DNA of 64,000 nucleotides, from the NCBI GenBank assembly GCA_010909165.1, contig MU008188.1, positions 310,001 through 374,000 on the forward strand, in the 5' to 3' direction. A program made the position numbers and the translations under genes. The notes beneath the pieces are model-generated. The model made no database searches. It had not been told where the DNA came from and saw only the letters and a program-made list of their open reading frames with translations. How positions within the stretch are numbered: the stretch's first letter is position 1; every line of letters starts with the position of its first letter. The DNA is from Anthoceros angustus. Its lineage: Eukaryota > Plantae > Anthocerotophyta. Positions 37,101-48,735 of this stretch are shown piece by piece.

Positions 37101-40100
37101 CATGGGTATGGAGGAAATTGATGATGAAGCAATTTTCGGAGGTTGACCCAATAGTCCCGGAGGGATGATGCGTTGAGTGGTGGGGAGGATAGGTCAAGCA
37201 GCGGAATAAGCGGTGTCAAGTCGTCTCGGGGCCTTTATGAAAGTGAGTGGGGTCGGGGATGGGATACTGTTGAGGATATCCTTACAAGGATCTAAATCTT
37301 ATTCGATACCTTTTTCCATCAAGTTCGAATCAAGGACAAGGAGATTTTCTCCGAAGCGTAAGTAGTGATTTTTGACTTGTTGATTTTGATAGTTCGACTT
37401 TCATTCACATGTGATTTTGATTTTTTTCTCTTGCGATGTCTTTCTTTCGTGGTTTTAACCTTTTAACAAGGAAGTGCATCTTGAACCAAAGCCGGCTTGG
37501 TTCGATGTTCCTGATCAACATGTTCATGGAATTTTCCATGGGTCCGCGTGTTGGTTGCGTCCATGAAAATCGGCAAGGATCTTGGAATTGTGTCATGTCG
37601 AAAAGAGGTGAAGTTGATTTCCGATGATGGATTCTTTCGAGATCATCAATGCTCATTTGGGCGGGGCTCAAAAAGGTAATATTGTTGGTTTAGGGGTGCA
37701 CTTTGATTGTTCATTTATGGTTTTAAACACGGAGGTCTCTCTATTGTTTGCGGTGTGCATATTTTGCATGACCAGTTTGGAGTTCGAGGTGGTGAAGAGT
37801 TACATAACCTCCGAGGACTTCTCGTTCTCGCAGATTCAGGAGGACCTTTTGTTCGAGATGTTTTGGTTGTTTTTGTCATTGTATCTTTGTATCTTGGTAT
37901 GTTTTGGTTGTTTTGATGTCTTATTAAGCTCGCTTTTATTTGCAGTATCAAGCTTTAAAAATTATAAAGTGGACATGAAGAATTACCAGTGAGCATTTAG
38001 TCAAAGGTCAAGATTCTGACGGGATGTTATCGAAACTTTTAGAATTGAACACTCTCCCAAGTGGTCCAAGCGACAAAAATTCAATTCAGGGGTTCTTGTT
38101 CAATTCAACAATTGATAACCCAAGATCAAATGTAAGTTTGTTGTTTATGGGCTTAAGTTTTGTTGTTATGGGGCTCAAGTTTTGTGGTTTGTATTTTCTA
38201 ACTGTTTGTTTTTTGGCTAGGCTTGGTATGCAAAACTCCGTGTTTCAAAAGGAATGTTGTCAAGGTTCATGAAGACCATGGTGGCTGGCTTGTTGGCTAT
38301 TACACCAATAAGACTAACAATGATTACACGTTGTGATGGCTCGGTGCCTTCGATCTTTGGGAGAAGTGTGGTGGCCATAAAAACGGATCGGATTCTCAAG
38401 GTAATATGTTTTGAAAGCTTGTGACATTTGAGTCCTTTGTATGTTCCTTCACGTTGATATGGTTTGCGATATGGCCGGTCTGGTCAAGCAAACAGTAGAA
38501 GAGTCCTTGTTCACGGTGAACGGCGATCCTATCGAGCTTTTGAACAAGAAAGAATCGGATGCGGATGATTTAAGGGTGTTCTTCCAAACGTCCTCAATGT
38601 GACTCGAAATTGTATTTTCTAGTCGACTGAAGATCGGCACTTGCGAGTGCAGTTAACAATGTAAGTGTTTGAGATTTGTTGCAAGTTTGTAGGGACTTGT
38701 TTTGATTAATCGTGTCTGACTTGTTTTTGTGTGTTAGGTCTAGCACCCTCCTGTTCATCATGAAAGCGGACCTTTGAACAATGTCGACCGAACGAGTTTT
38801 CACACATGTGGTCCACTTGTCACAAGTTCGGTTGGTATTGTCGTTCCTTGGTTGGCGCCATGTTGGATCTGTTTTAATCATCTTGGTCTCTTATTACAGG
38901 CGGTGGGAGGCGTGGTGTTTTGGTTGCAAACATACCAAAGCGGTGCCAAGGCATCCGGATGGATAATGACCAACAACCGGGTGTTCTAGTGAAATTCCAT
39001 ATGTTGACAAGGTTGATTCTTTGTCTTGTTTGTTTTCACTTCTTTTGGAGTTTCGATTATGTTTATCTTGGCGGGTTGTGAATCCTGCGACTAGTGGAAG
39101 CGACCTTCCCTCATTTCAACATTGATACACGAAAGCGATGGTCCCTCTGGAGGGCATTGTGCATAGTGAGTGTGATCATCATGAAGTTAACCAGACAAAT
39201 GTGGGTGGTAGCACCTCTGGATATTGTATTGCTGTGGCGCAAATGGAAATGGAAGTGGCTTTGAGCGGCTTCGAGATTGCGAGTCAGGGGTGGAGTATGA
39301 TGACAGAATTGGAGTTTCGTGACAAAAGGATTTGGAGGCTCTTATAGAGAGAGGCGTAGCGTTGAATTACGAGTCTCTAAGCAAAGAGAGAAAGCCCTTG
39401 AGATCGAGGCGGAGAAATGTGGAGAGGAGACAAGAGCACATTAAGCATCAAGAAAGCCAGATGGGCGGCAAGAGGTTCGGCTGCAGTGGAAAAGAGACAG
39501 AGCGGAAGAATGTCTCGAGATATATTTGCGCTATCTGCGAATCCGTCGGGATTGGTAAGTTTTCTTATGCTCTTTATTAATCAGCGTACATTGAAAATCA
39601 ATGGTTGTATTTTATTAGGTTGTCACCTTGCGGGAATGGACAATTTCGTCCAAGTCCTCGGCTTCATCAATTGGTTGCCAAGAATGATCTTTGTACAAGC
39701 AATCAAGCCAAGTGGTCGTGAAAATTACGTTTTCAATCAGTATAATTATGTCAATTTCCTAAATAAGGTGAGTATCATTTCTAAGTATTTGCTATGATTA
39801 TTTCAGTGTTTTCTAGTATCACCTAATCACGGTTTGTGTCTTTGTTTCGTTTTGTTTTGTAGGTTCCATTGTTGTTGAAGTAGAGTTCAATCTAGCGAGT
39901 TCAATCTATTGGTATTTACTCTTCATTAGTTGAATTTGTATTTCATGCCATTACGGATATAGAAACTCGCAAAGAAAAGGTTTCTTTGTTGGTTTTGTAT
40001 ATCCGGATCCGCATGAATATTATTTAACAGAAAATGTTTTTGATTAGCGATTTTGGTGGGATTTCTAGAATGAGCTTCTAGACCCGGTGGTATTCACTTG

Positions 40101-40274
40101 GTCATGTTTTTACTCTAGTGCTCTATTTTCTACCTTGATGGTAGATGATTTTACCCACTTGTATGGTTCATTGTTTTGTACCTTGATGGTAGATGATTTT
40201 CTACTATCGTAATGAATTTTACTCTCTGGGTAAAATAATGACCAAAAGGTCAATTTTCTCTCTCTAAAATTTTG
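31150..40274. mobile_element. AT-rich ~9 kb nested insert with two divergent, intron-rich degenerate genes (the + strand one has weak Ulp1/C48 protease-like remnants); class uncertain (MULE- or CACTA-like)
   Basis: Sharp composition changes at ~31150 and ~40275. Minus-strand donor sites (ttacct) recur in 31.5-33 kb; plus-strand donors (gtaagt, gtaata, gtgagt) recur in 36.5-39.9 kb. DLNNVD/VFTHVVHL (~38770) and NQTNVGGSTSGYCI (~39190) loosely match Ulp1 motifs. Confidence 0.4.
34290..35480 (+). repeat. Low-complexity T-rich, A-depleted tract (TTGT/TTCT-rich)
   Basis: Visibly very few A on the + strand, producing spurious F/L/V/C ORFs (+) and K/Q/T/N ORFs (-). Confidence 0.85.
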
Positions 40275-43200
40275 CACTACCACAGAAAAACTGGTCGAGG
40301 CCCCGAGGCGAGGCCGACTTTACGTTTGGATGGACGAGGATGACAAGGACAATGAGCCTATGGGCGGTCGAACATACCTTGAGGACGGAGCAGTGCGGGT
40401 ACACAATTATGTTTTGTACAACACGAGCGTTTTGCGGCCCTTTTGGCCTTGTATGATGCGTTTGTCCGGCAGGCTGGTCACGAAGCCATGCTTGAGAGAA
40501 TGGGTGCATGCTATGAGGGTAGGTGGAGAGTGGGACTCCCATCCTGGAATGCGATGATGCCCGCGCCATCATGGTTTGGGCCACCATGCCATATCATATA
40601 ACCACATGATGAGCAAGGAGCCCACATCCGCACAATAGCCGATGCCGTCGTCGTAGAACGCAAGAGATGCGTATTCACCCGGTTTTGTAGGGTTAGTGGC
40701 GAGGACTTGCGGAGCATTTTTATGGCCATGTAGAGGAGATTTTGCGTGTATCATTCTCGGATACATACAAGCCTATGGTATTGAAGGTTCATTTGGTATG
40801 AATGCGACACGAGGCACATCCGCCATCCTTGCGATCGACATTTTGTGTGCGACATGGTGAACATGGGACGGAGGTGCACATATCGGCCGGAAGTGAAGGC
40901 GGGCCATTCGTGCGCAGTCCAATGTATCTTTCATCCGGACCCCATATCGGTGAACCGAATTGGGCTTTAGCTATTCCTCTCCGGCTCATGGTGGAAGGAT
41001 GTGGAAACGGATGCGGTGTAGTTTTGAAGGGCATATTGGAGGAAGCCACGGCGAGCGATCTGTGAATCGACCGCGACGCCGCAACTCCGCTCAAATTACG
41101 CGCGGATGCCGCACCGCATGCTTGTTTCATTGCCGCATGCACCGCGTGTTGGCACCCATCCATACTTGTTATCGTCCTTCATGTATTGATATATCGGCCA
41201 TGCGCCTCCGCATGGTCCATCCACCACACGATCGTCTTTCCCCATATGCCGGGCGTTTGTCACGATTCCCCATCCATGACCACGGTTGGCGGCATATCCG
41301 CCATGTGCATCATCCCCATTCTAACATACATCCATAAGCGGCGAGGCATAAGGTCGGAGTTCACATGCCCGAAATAAGTAAAATATGGGGTTTACATGTG
41401 ATTTCACGTGAGCAAGGGACATTCTATTTATAATTCTACTTTCCTTGGCCTTGAATGAATAATGATATTTATGTGCTCAACCACCTATTCGCCTTTCCTT
41501 GAGTTATGACTTTTATGTATTTTCTAATATAGATCCGCTGCCTATATATGCATCATAGCACCATGCCTTACATACATAACCAAGGACATTATTGCTATTT
41601 AGCTAGTACCATGGGATGTCATTTGCTGGAAGCGGAAGCGCAGTGGCGAATGGCGGCGGCGGATGTCATGTCGCGAATATTTGGCACGCATCACGGTCGG
41701 ATGGCGGTATCATGCGCATCGGCGATCTGGTGTAACGAACAGGCATCAACGATGGAAATGCGTCCATAGTAAAGTCGGAGGCGGGGAGTGAGGAACGGCT
41801 TTCACCGCGATTCGGGCTTTCATGCGGTCCGGCCGCTCTCCATAAACGCAGAGCCCCATTGGGTTCTACCCCAAGGCCACAGTGAAGCTGATTTTGGGGA
41901 TGCTTTGGATGTGTTCGTGCTTGAGGTCGGTGGTGCTTGAGGCTATGTCGGTATTCTGTCGGTGGTTGCGGTAGTAGGAGATGGGGAGGCGGGCAGGCGG
42001 TGACTACACCGCTTTCTTGCGCGCATAGAGGGCAGTATCAAGCAAACCTAGGCGGATGCGTGGGCGCTTCCGGCCGCATCCGACTTTTCACACCATGACG
42101 CCGGATGTGGGTAGCCGGCTGCCGGCCCAGCTACGGGACGCGCACGCGTGCTTGTGGTTGGGAGGTGCTTGCTCGAAATTACGCAGCGGATGACCACCTT
42201 GCACGACCTCGGGATCGGTGAATGGTTTGACGAGCCGGTGGGCGCTTGTTTGACTTTGCGTCGAGTCGAGGCGTAATCCACCTTAGGCGGTGAGCGGGCG
42301 CCATTCCTCCCGATGGCATAGATTACATGGCGGTAGGTGGATGATTCGGTCGATGCACCTCGATATTGGCGTGAAGCGGCGTTTTGTAATGCAACGTTAA
42401 TTGCGCGTATGCCCAAAATACATATGTCGGTGTTGTAGTAAAGTGTTCCGTCTCGAATAGCATGAGAATGTGTTTGAATTAGTACAACGGGGTGGCATGT
42501 GCGTGTTGGAGTGAACATCATCCGCGAAATAATGGGGGCTCCATGATGAATCTCGCCCCCTCTGCCTCCCCTTTCCACACCTTAACAAACATGGCATCTT
42601 CAAGTTGAAGTTGCATGCGACTCAGATCGGAGGATCCCTTCAACATCAACGCGGTGTGGTGGAAATCACGCATTCAACTGCGGTGGGGATTCGACGTGAT
42701 GAGCCTGTGCATGGCACATGTATCCATGCTTACGGTGAGGTGTCAAGTGGCGATGGAGGCGGGACTCGGGCGAGGCTGGCCGTCTGTGAAGAAGGTAAGA
42801 ATTGGCCTATTCGGTGGCGCATCCCGGTGTTGTCCTTGGCCATCGCCTACAAGCGATCAGAGAAGCAGGACTCCATGCGAGCGGTAGATTTGAACATGGA
42901 AGGCCGGTGGCGGCCGTGAACTACATCATCAAGCGGAAGAGGCGCTTGACACCATCATATTGCATGTCACTGGCGAGTGTTCGGGAAGGCTCGCAAGCGG
43001 TGACACGCTTTTGTTGGCCCTCTTGGCGTCGTGGCTTCGATGTACGCACGCGGTGTTGCGGCTATGGCGATTCGGCTACCAACGCCCGGAAGATTTGGGC
43101 GGATTCGACGGAACCTGGATGATGTTCACGCGTGGAGCATCATGTGAGGTCAACGTTGGGAGAGTTGGTATGAGGAACATAGCACCCGCATGTGCCTCAT

Positions 43201-45949
43201 TCGACAAGGTGCATGCTGCACTTGTGTGGTAGGTTAGGGAGCGAGTCATGGACTATCAACGCGAGGAAAGCGCGAAAGTAGGTGGGATGGGCAGCGAGGT
43301 TCATTCCCATACCCACCTCCCCGGCCATAACGAATCCAGAGGGCAACACATACATTGTGCGGCCCTATCGGGTGGAACAAGCAGGCGACGGCCACACCTG
43401 TCGAGCCTCGGGAAGAGGTGGGAAGAGCCGCCTTCGCACAACACCTACGCCACGGCGAGAAGAAGGACTTATGCAGGCCGGTGATCAAGCCGCGGCTGCC
43501 ACCCTCGGCACCAGGTGGAGTGACAATTTTGTTGAGGGTGGTGGTGGGCGGCCTGCACAGTTCTGTGTGGGAGATTGCTTACGCCCACCGATTGTTGTGG
43601 AGAAGGTGGACAATAGGGCTTTGTTGCAAGCCATTATTCACAAGAGAGGAAAAGAATGGGTGCATAACATCATGGACGAACCGCGGATGAAGTTGAGAAG
43701 ATGAAGGCGGGGAGATCCGGGCGTCGGGGCCTCGGGGGCGAACGCCATGCGGAAATGGTGAAAATGGTGAGGCATTTAACAACAGTGGAGATGCCGGGGT
43801 TGGAAAAGTGGAAGGACGTTTGAACGGAGCGGCGTGTGTCTTGAAGTGGAGGCGCCTTCCGGCACTTGTGAAGAGAATAATCAGGAAAAATTCTCCTCCG
43901 TAACAGGCGGCCAGGCCATGGGCCGCTGCGAAGGCGCTGTGGTGGAAGAGAGGAGAACAAAGGCGTGCTAGACAACGACTTGAAGCCCCGACGGACGACA
44001 AATCATGGCAAGAAAGCGTAGTTGGGCTAGAGTTGAATTGCGCCAACATGGCAATTTCCTCCGTCCAAAGCATCTATCGCGTGAGGCGGGAAGTCGGGGA
44101 TGGGGCCCAACCTCTGGGGGAAAGGAGGCAAGCAATTTGGATGGAGAGGTTCAAGCCCCACGGCCCAGGAGGAGTGTGAGTATGGCAGTTACACCAGCAT
44201 TAGCAGAATGCAAGAGTATTGGGATGCGAAGAAGGCAGGCCAAGATATGGCAAATGTTATCACGGATGCAAGGGCAAGGAGGATGAGTGGCACAAGCAGG
44301 CATGGAATAGACTCAGTTCCGGATGAGCTGGATATGAGATCCATCCGCCGGACGACAGCGAATATGGTACAACTCCAACAGGATGTTGGCGGTGATGACG
44401 ATGTCGAAGGGGATCGCGGACCTGCAATCGGCGCCGAGGAGGTGAGAGCAAAGAACACACGGCAAGCAGCAGTCGCCGCGATGGATCCGGAAGACACGTT
44501 GGAAGAACGGAATCCGGAATCAACGGAAGAAGAAATGGTTGAGGCATGCCAGGCATATGCAGCATGGACTGAGGTGGAAGGCCACATTGCTGGAACGGGC
44601 AACATACAACGGCAGAAGGAGGTGGACATGGGCCATGACGGTAATGGTGTTCAGGAGGACCAAAGTCGCAAATCTGCGCATAACGGACGTCATGCACAAA
44701 GGTCGTCCACTACTCGTCAGAATGAGGGAAGGCGTGCACAACAAATCCCTGCGATCGGGAACAGTGCTTCTAGCGATGACGTGGAAGAGGTTCAGTCACC
44801 ACCGGCGAAGACAACTCGAAAGCGTCGGAAGGACGAAGGAAGGCCTGGAACAACACGGGAGACTCCTAGGCGATTGACGAGGGCAAGGGTGGCTGCCAAG
44901 CGAGCACGCCATCCGATCTGAGTTGTCGATGGTTGCGGCGTGCATGGGCGAATGTGTCTTTGGAGACGTGTCACGGTGACAATGGGGTGAGGCGTCTCCA
45001 TCGCACCGCGATGTCTTTGCATTCATGTGTTGGTCGGCGGACAATGGCGAGATATTGGCGAGGTGTCAATTCACTGCTTGTGTTTGCAGTTGTTGTCACA
45101 CAAACCGATGAGTCGGCGTCGCATGTTGTGTGTTGTGAAAATCGTTCTTGTTCATAAATTGGCAGGCAACCGAACAAATGGACGAAGCAGCGCAAAAGCA
45201 GAAGGAAAAGGCGTCCAATCATACGAGTGGGAAGAAATCAAAACAAAAGAGGAATCCATCTTCTCGCGGCCGTCCTTCAGAGGGGCCATCCAAGTTCGCT
45301 GCCGCAGACTTCGACTGATTGCATGTGCCCTCTAGTGCCGCTGTGCATTGCGGCAAGTAACGGAAAAAAGCTATCACAGGCAAGACTAAAAGAAGCAAAC
45401 CAATTGAGCCACGAAAGTGAAAACACGATCACTGCGGACGCTACGACCAGAGCATTGAAGAAAAGCTAGCGGATTGCACGTATACATACGTATCAGTGGG
45501 TGGATCACGTATACACCACGTGAGGTCACCGCTTATACGAATACAATTATTTTTGGCAATATACAATTTATGGGTTGCTGTAAACCCAAAAATACAAAAG
45601 ACAGGCTGCCAAACGACGGTTGGTGCAGAGTGTCCCATGTGGAAGGCATCCAATCGTACACATATGCACCGGCACATGTTTGCAATCATGCCACTGACGG
45701 TCAGTTCGCGGGAGGAGGGCGCGTGGCGAACGGGGGGGTGCCATGTGCATCCATGGTGCATCCATGGATGTGTGACGACGCCCGCGACGCGGATTGGGAC
45801 GTCGGCAAAATCAGGCCCAACGAGCATGCAAATTGGTGGTCAAGTATATGACCACCAATTATCTTGACTTTGTCGAACAAGCTATCTGTGAACGGCGGTG
45901 TGCTATCGCCCGAACCACATAAACCGACCCTCCAAACTCAACATATGAT

Positions 45950-46111
45950 TCCATGTTACAGTGAAAAAGTTACGTTTTATGTTACACTTTCGAGCCCTGG
46001 ACCCGCGGCTAAGCACCTGTAACATGATCCCGCAAATGGCCCCCATATGTTACAAAATAGGGCCAAATTGTAACATAAAAACGTAACCACGCCCCCATTT
46101 TTCTAGTAGTG
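45950..46111 (-). repeat. CACTA right terminal inverted repeat and subterminal TGTTACA/TGTAACA repeats
   Basis: atgttacag, atgttacac, tgtaacatg, atgttacaa, tgtaacata, cgtaacc, then ttttctagtagtg. Confidence 0.85.
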
Positions 46112-46200
46112 TTCTCTTTCGACAATCTGTGAGTTAGGCTGCTTGCCCTTCTGTAAGGCACCAACCCTTGCACAGACCTTCAGAAGGCAAGTAACATCGG
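46112..46200 (-). pseudogene. PPR gene fragment (upstream part of the PPR gene split by the CACTA element)
   Basis: Minus strand reads approx. TCLLKVCARVGALQKGKQPNSQIVERE (L-type motif) right up to the TIR. Confidence 0.75.
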
Positions 46201-46345
46201 AAAAATGCAACTGGAGGAGAACGTGGTGCTAGCTAACGTGGCGCCATTGCCTGCCATGCTGCGCCTCGGGAGGCAGCGCCGCGCTGCCTATGCTACCTTC
46301 TTGCATCCTCAGCGCCTCTTGGTGCGGTGAGCCTCTGAGCTCTAC

Positions 46346-46445
46346 TGCGAAGCCTCAAGCTGCGGCCTCAAGCTGCGGCCTCAAGCTGCGGCCTCAAGCT
46401 GCTTGCTGCTGCGGCCTCAAGCTGCGCCTCCTGCGGCCTCAGTTG
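46346..46445 (+). repeat. 13-bp minisatellite (tgcggcctcaagc)n
   Basis: Three perfect adjacent units at 46361-46399, one at 46410-46422, plus degenerate flanking units. Confidence 0.9.
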
Positions 46446-47377
46446 CCTCCTGTAGCTCAGTTGGAGGCAGCCTCACCTTCGCCCTTGCCCTCGCAGTGCA
46501 GCACACCATAGATGGGCTCGTAACTGTCCAGCAGGCGCCTACTGCGAGTGAGGCCTGATCGAGATCGGGATCCGTGCGTTCCCGGACGATCTCAATCTCG
46601 ATGGGCCTACTTGGTCTCCCCAACCCCACCAGCCCGCTCCTTACCTTTTCCTTATTTTCAGCATCTTAAACTCAAAAATTTCTACATATTCGGCGTTTTA
46701 AGGATAGTTATTTCTCGATTTTTACCTTTTACTAAATTTAAGTAATTAACGCCGAATCACCCCTCAAGGTACGGTAGTAACACGCATTGTAAAGTAGATG
46801 AAACATGAATGGTTGTAAACGGTATACCTTGTTTTACAACACTTTTGACATCTAATGTTAATGCGTGGGACCTGGTTTAATTTACAATGTATTGTATAAA
46901 ATACATTATCAAAAAACAATCAAAAATAAAGATATCATCAAATGTTGAGTTTGGAGAGAGATCAATGTCATCCTCATCCATATGCACCAGGGTTCTTCGG
47001 TCCAAGTAGACTAGAATAGACTTATAGAAGAAAAAGCGTGTATCAAATTCCAGAATCGGTTGTGCATTGTGGGGGGTGCATGATACCCTAAAAAGACACT
47101 CTATGTACGTGTGTGAGTTGGTTCCAAAATGAAATTACAGCTCAGTATTAATTATGATATAATTTTGTACAAAAGGTTTAATCAATGGAATGGACTGACA
47201 AGTGTGCAAAGACACGGCAAAGCCCTGGAAAAAGGGAATACTTGCTAGCTCAAGAAGCACCAACATTTTAAATATCACGATTGAGAGTGATAAAACGCTC
47301 TAAATCCTTAATTGTTTTGTTGGTACTAAACTTCAGATTGAGATCTAAATCCTAAATGAAATGAAAGACCCTTTGAG

Positions 47378-47523
47378 TTACTCCCATTCAATAATGTCAT
47401 ACTCCTCATCCTCCTCCATAGCACTAGTTTGTTGTGTGGCTGCAGAAGGAGTCTCACTATGCACTTCATTGAGATCCCTTGACGGCTCCACTAAATCCAG
47501 CGCAGATGTAGAGGCATCTAGCC
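47378..47523 (-). pseudogene. Terminal exon of a TFIIE-alpha-like gene, copy 2, fused to the broken end of the P4-ATPase
   Basis: cgtag|gg then (G)LDASTSALDLVEPSRDLNEVHSETPSAATQQTSAMEEDEEYDIIEWE*; paralogous to 2894-3039. Confidence 0.55.
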
Positions 47524-48735
47524 CTACGATTGCGATTACCGTCCTCTGACATCCTTTCATATATCACAGTATCTGCACCCTGTGCAAACCGACACCAAAT
47601 TATTAGAGCAGCCTGCCAGTGTGTTCGATGCATGCAATTATAAAATTCAACACCAGAAAGCATACCTTGCAATACAGCAACAACCTCCCATTTGGATACC
47701 TACAGATAACAGACTGCCTCTTCCTCGTGCTGGTGTATGCACATAACATACAACAAACGATTCAGACCCCAGAGTGACAGGCAGCAGGCAAAACGGGGAA
47801 GACCTACATAGAAACAGGAAAAATACTATAACAGTATGGCAAGAATTTTAATCGACCTATTGAACTCCAGGACGTTCAATATTTCATACTCGACGTCTTG
47901 CAACTTGCCTATCTTCTCAACATGAGATTCACGAACTCGGATGGCTGTCGGGGATCGCCTGCAGAGAACAACAAATGTCCCTTATCACAAAGAATTGGTC
48001 CATTCCCTCCATAAAATAAGTCATTCAGATGAGTTCAGAGGCATCTGAATCGAAACCAAACCCATGAAAGAAGAATCCAAAGTTTTTTGCAGCCGCGACA
48101 AGTGCAGCTTCGTCAGGTGAAGCAGCCTGGTAAGTGATTTTCTCAGGTTTGTCTTCACCCTCTGGCAGGACAGTGTGACAGATAGCAAGACATCTGAAAA
48201 ATTCCTGCAAAGCAATAACAAAAGCTGTGATCTCTTGTGGTGAGGTTGGATATTGGAGAATAGCATACACCCTTCTGGCGATGGAAGCACTAGAGACGTC
48301 CTTAGAAAATAAACCCAAGGGCCGAAGTGAAGGAGCAGTTGTCCATTACCTTGCACACTTCTGGGTTGTCTTCATTTCTCCATCCTCCCTTCATCAGTCT
48401 CCTATCATCAAAATTAAACCCTTTCTCCCGTACGGCATCATCAGTCCTCTCCACCTGAATCCAATTGAACAGTCTATCATCACCTTTGGCTGAGGGACAG
48501 AGACATCATCTCAATGTATATCAGATGATAAGACTAAGATTCAGCCAACCTCCTCCAAGACGAGCCCTGTCCGATGAGCTGCAGCCCTCTGAATTTCAGT
48601 TATCCCAGTGCCATACATCACTCCCCCAATAGAGCATTTGAAGAATTCCATCAAATTCCGTGTTAATGTGCCTGTCTTGTCGGAAAAAATATACTCAATC
48701 TGCACAACATCCTACAGTAAGCCTTGGTACAACAC

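Larger units (their letters stand above)
25273..46111 (+). mobile_element. CACTA (En/Spm) DNA transposon, ~21 kb including a nested insert; right TIR intact, left TIR not found
   Basis: Right end catttttctagtagtg (reverse complement CACTACTAGAAAAATG) ends at 46111. TGTTACA/TGTAACA subterminal repeats cluster at both 25280-25405 and 45950-46090. TnpD inside. PPR sequence on both flanks. Confidence 0.72.

Noticed and set aside
40560-40770. SET-domain-like string (QVLATNPTKPGEY...FY) on the - strand
   Set aside because: No NHxCxPN motif found; may be chance similarity in degenerate DNA.
8225-46111. Search for the copia 3' LTR and an AAAAT target-site duplication
   Set aside because: No second copy of 3140-3355 was seen; the element is truncated in RNase H.
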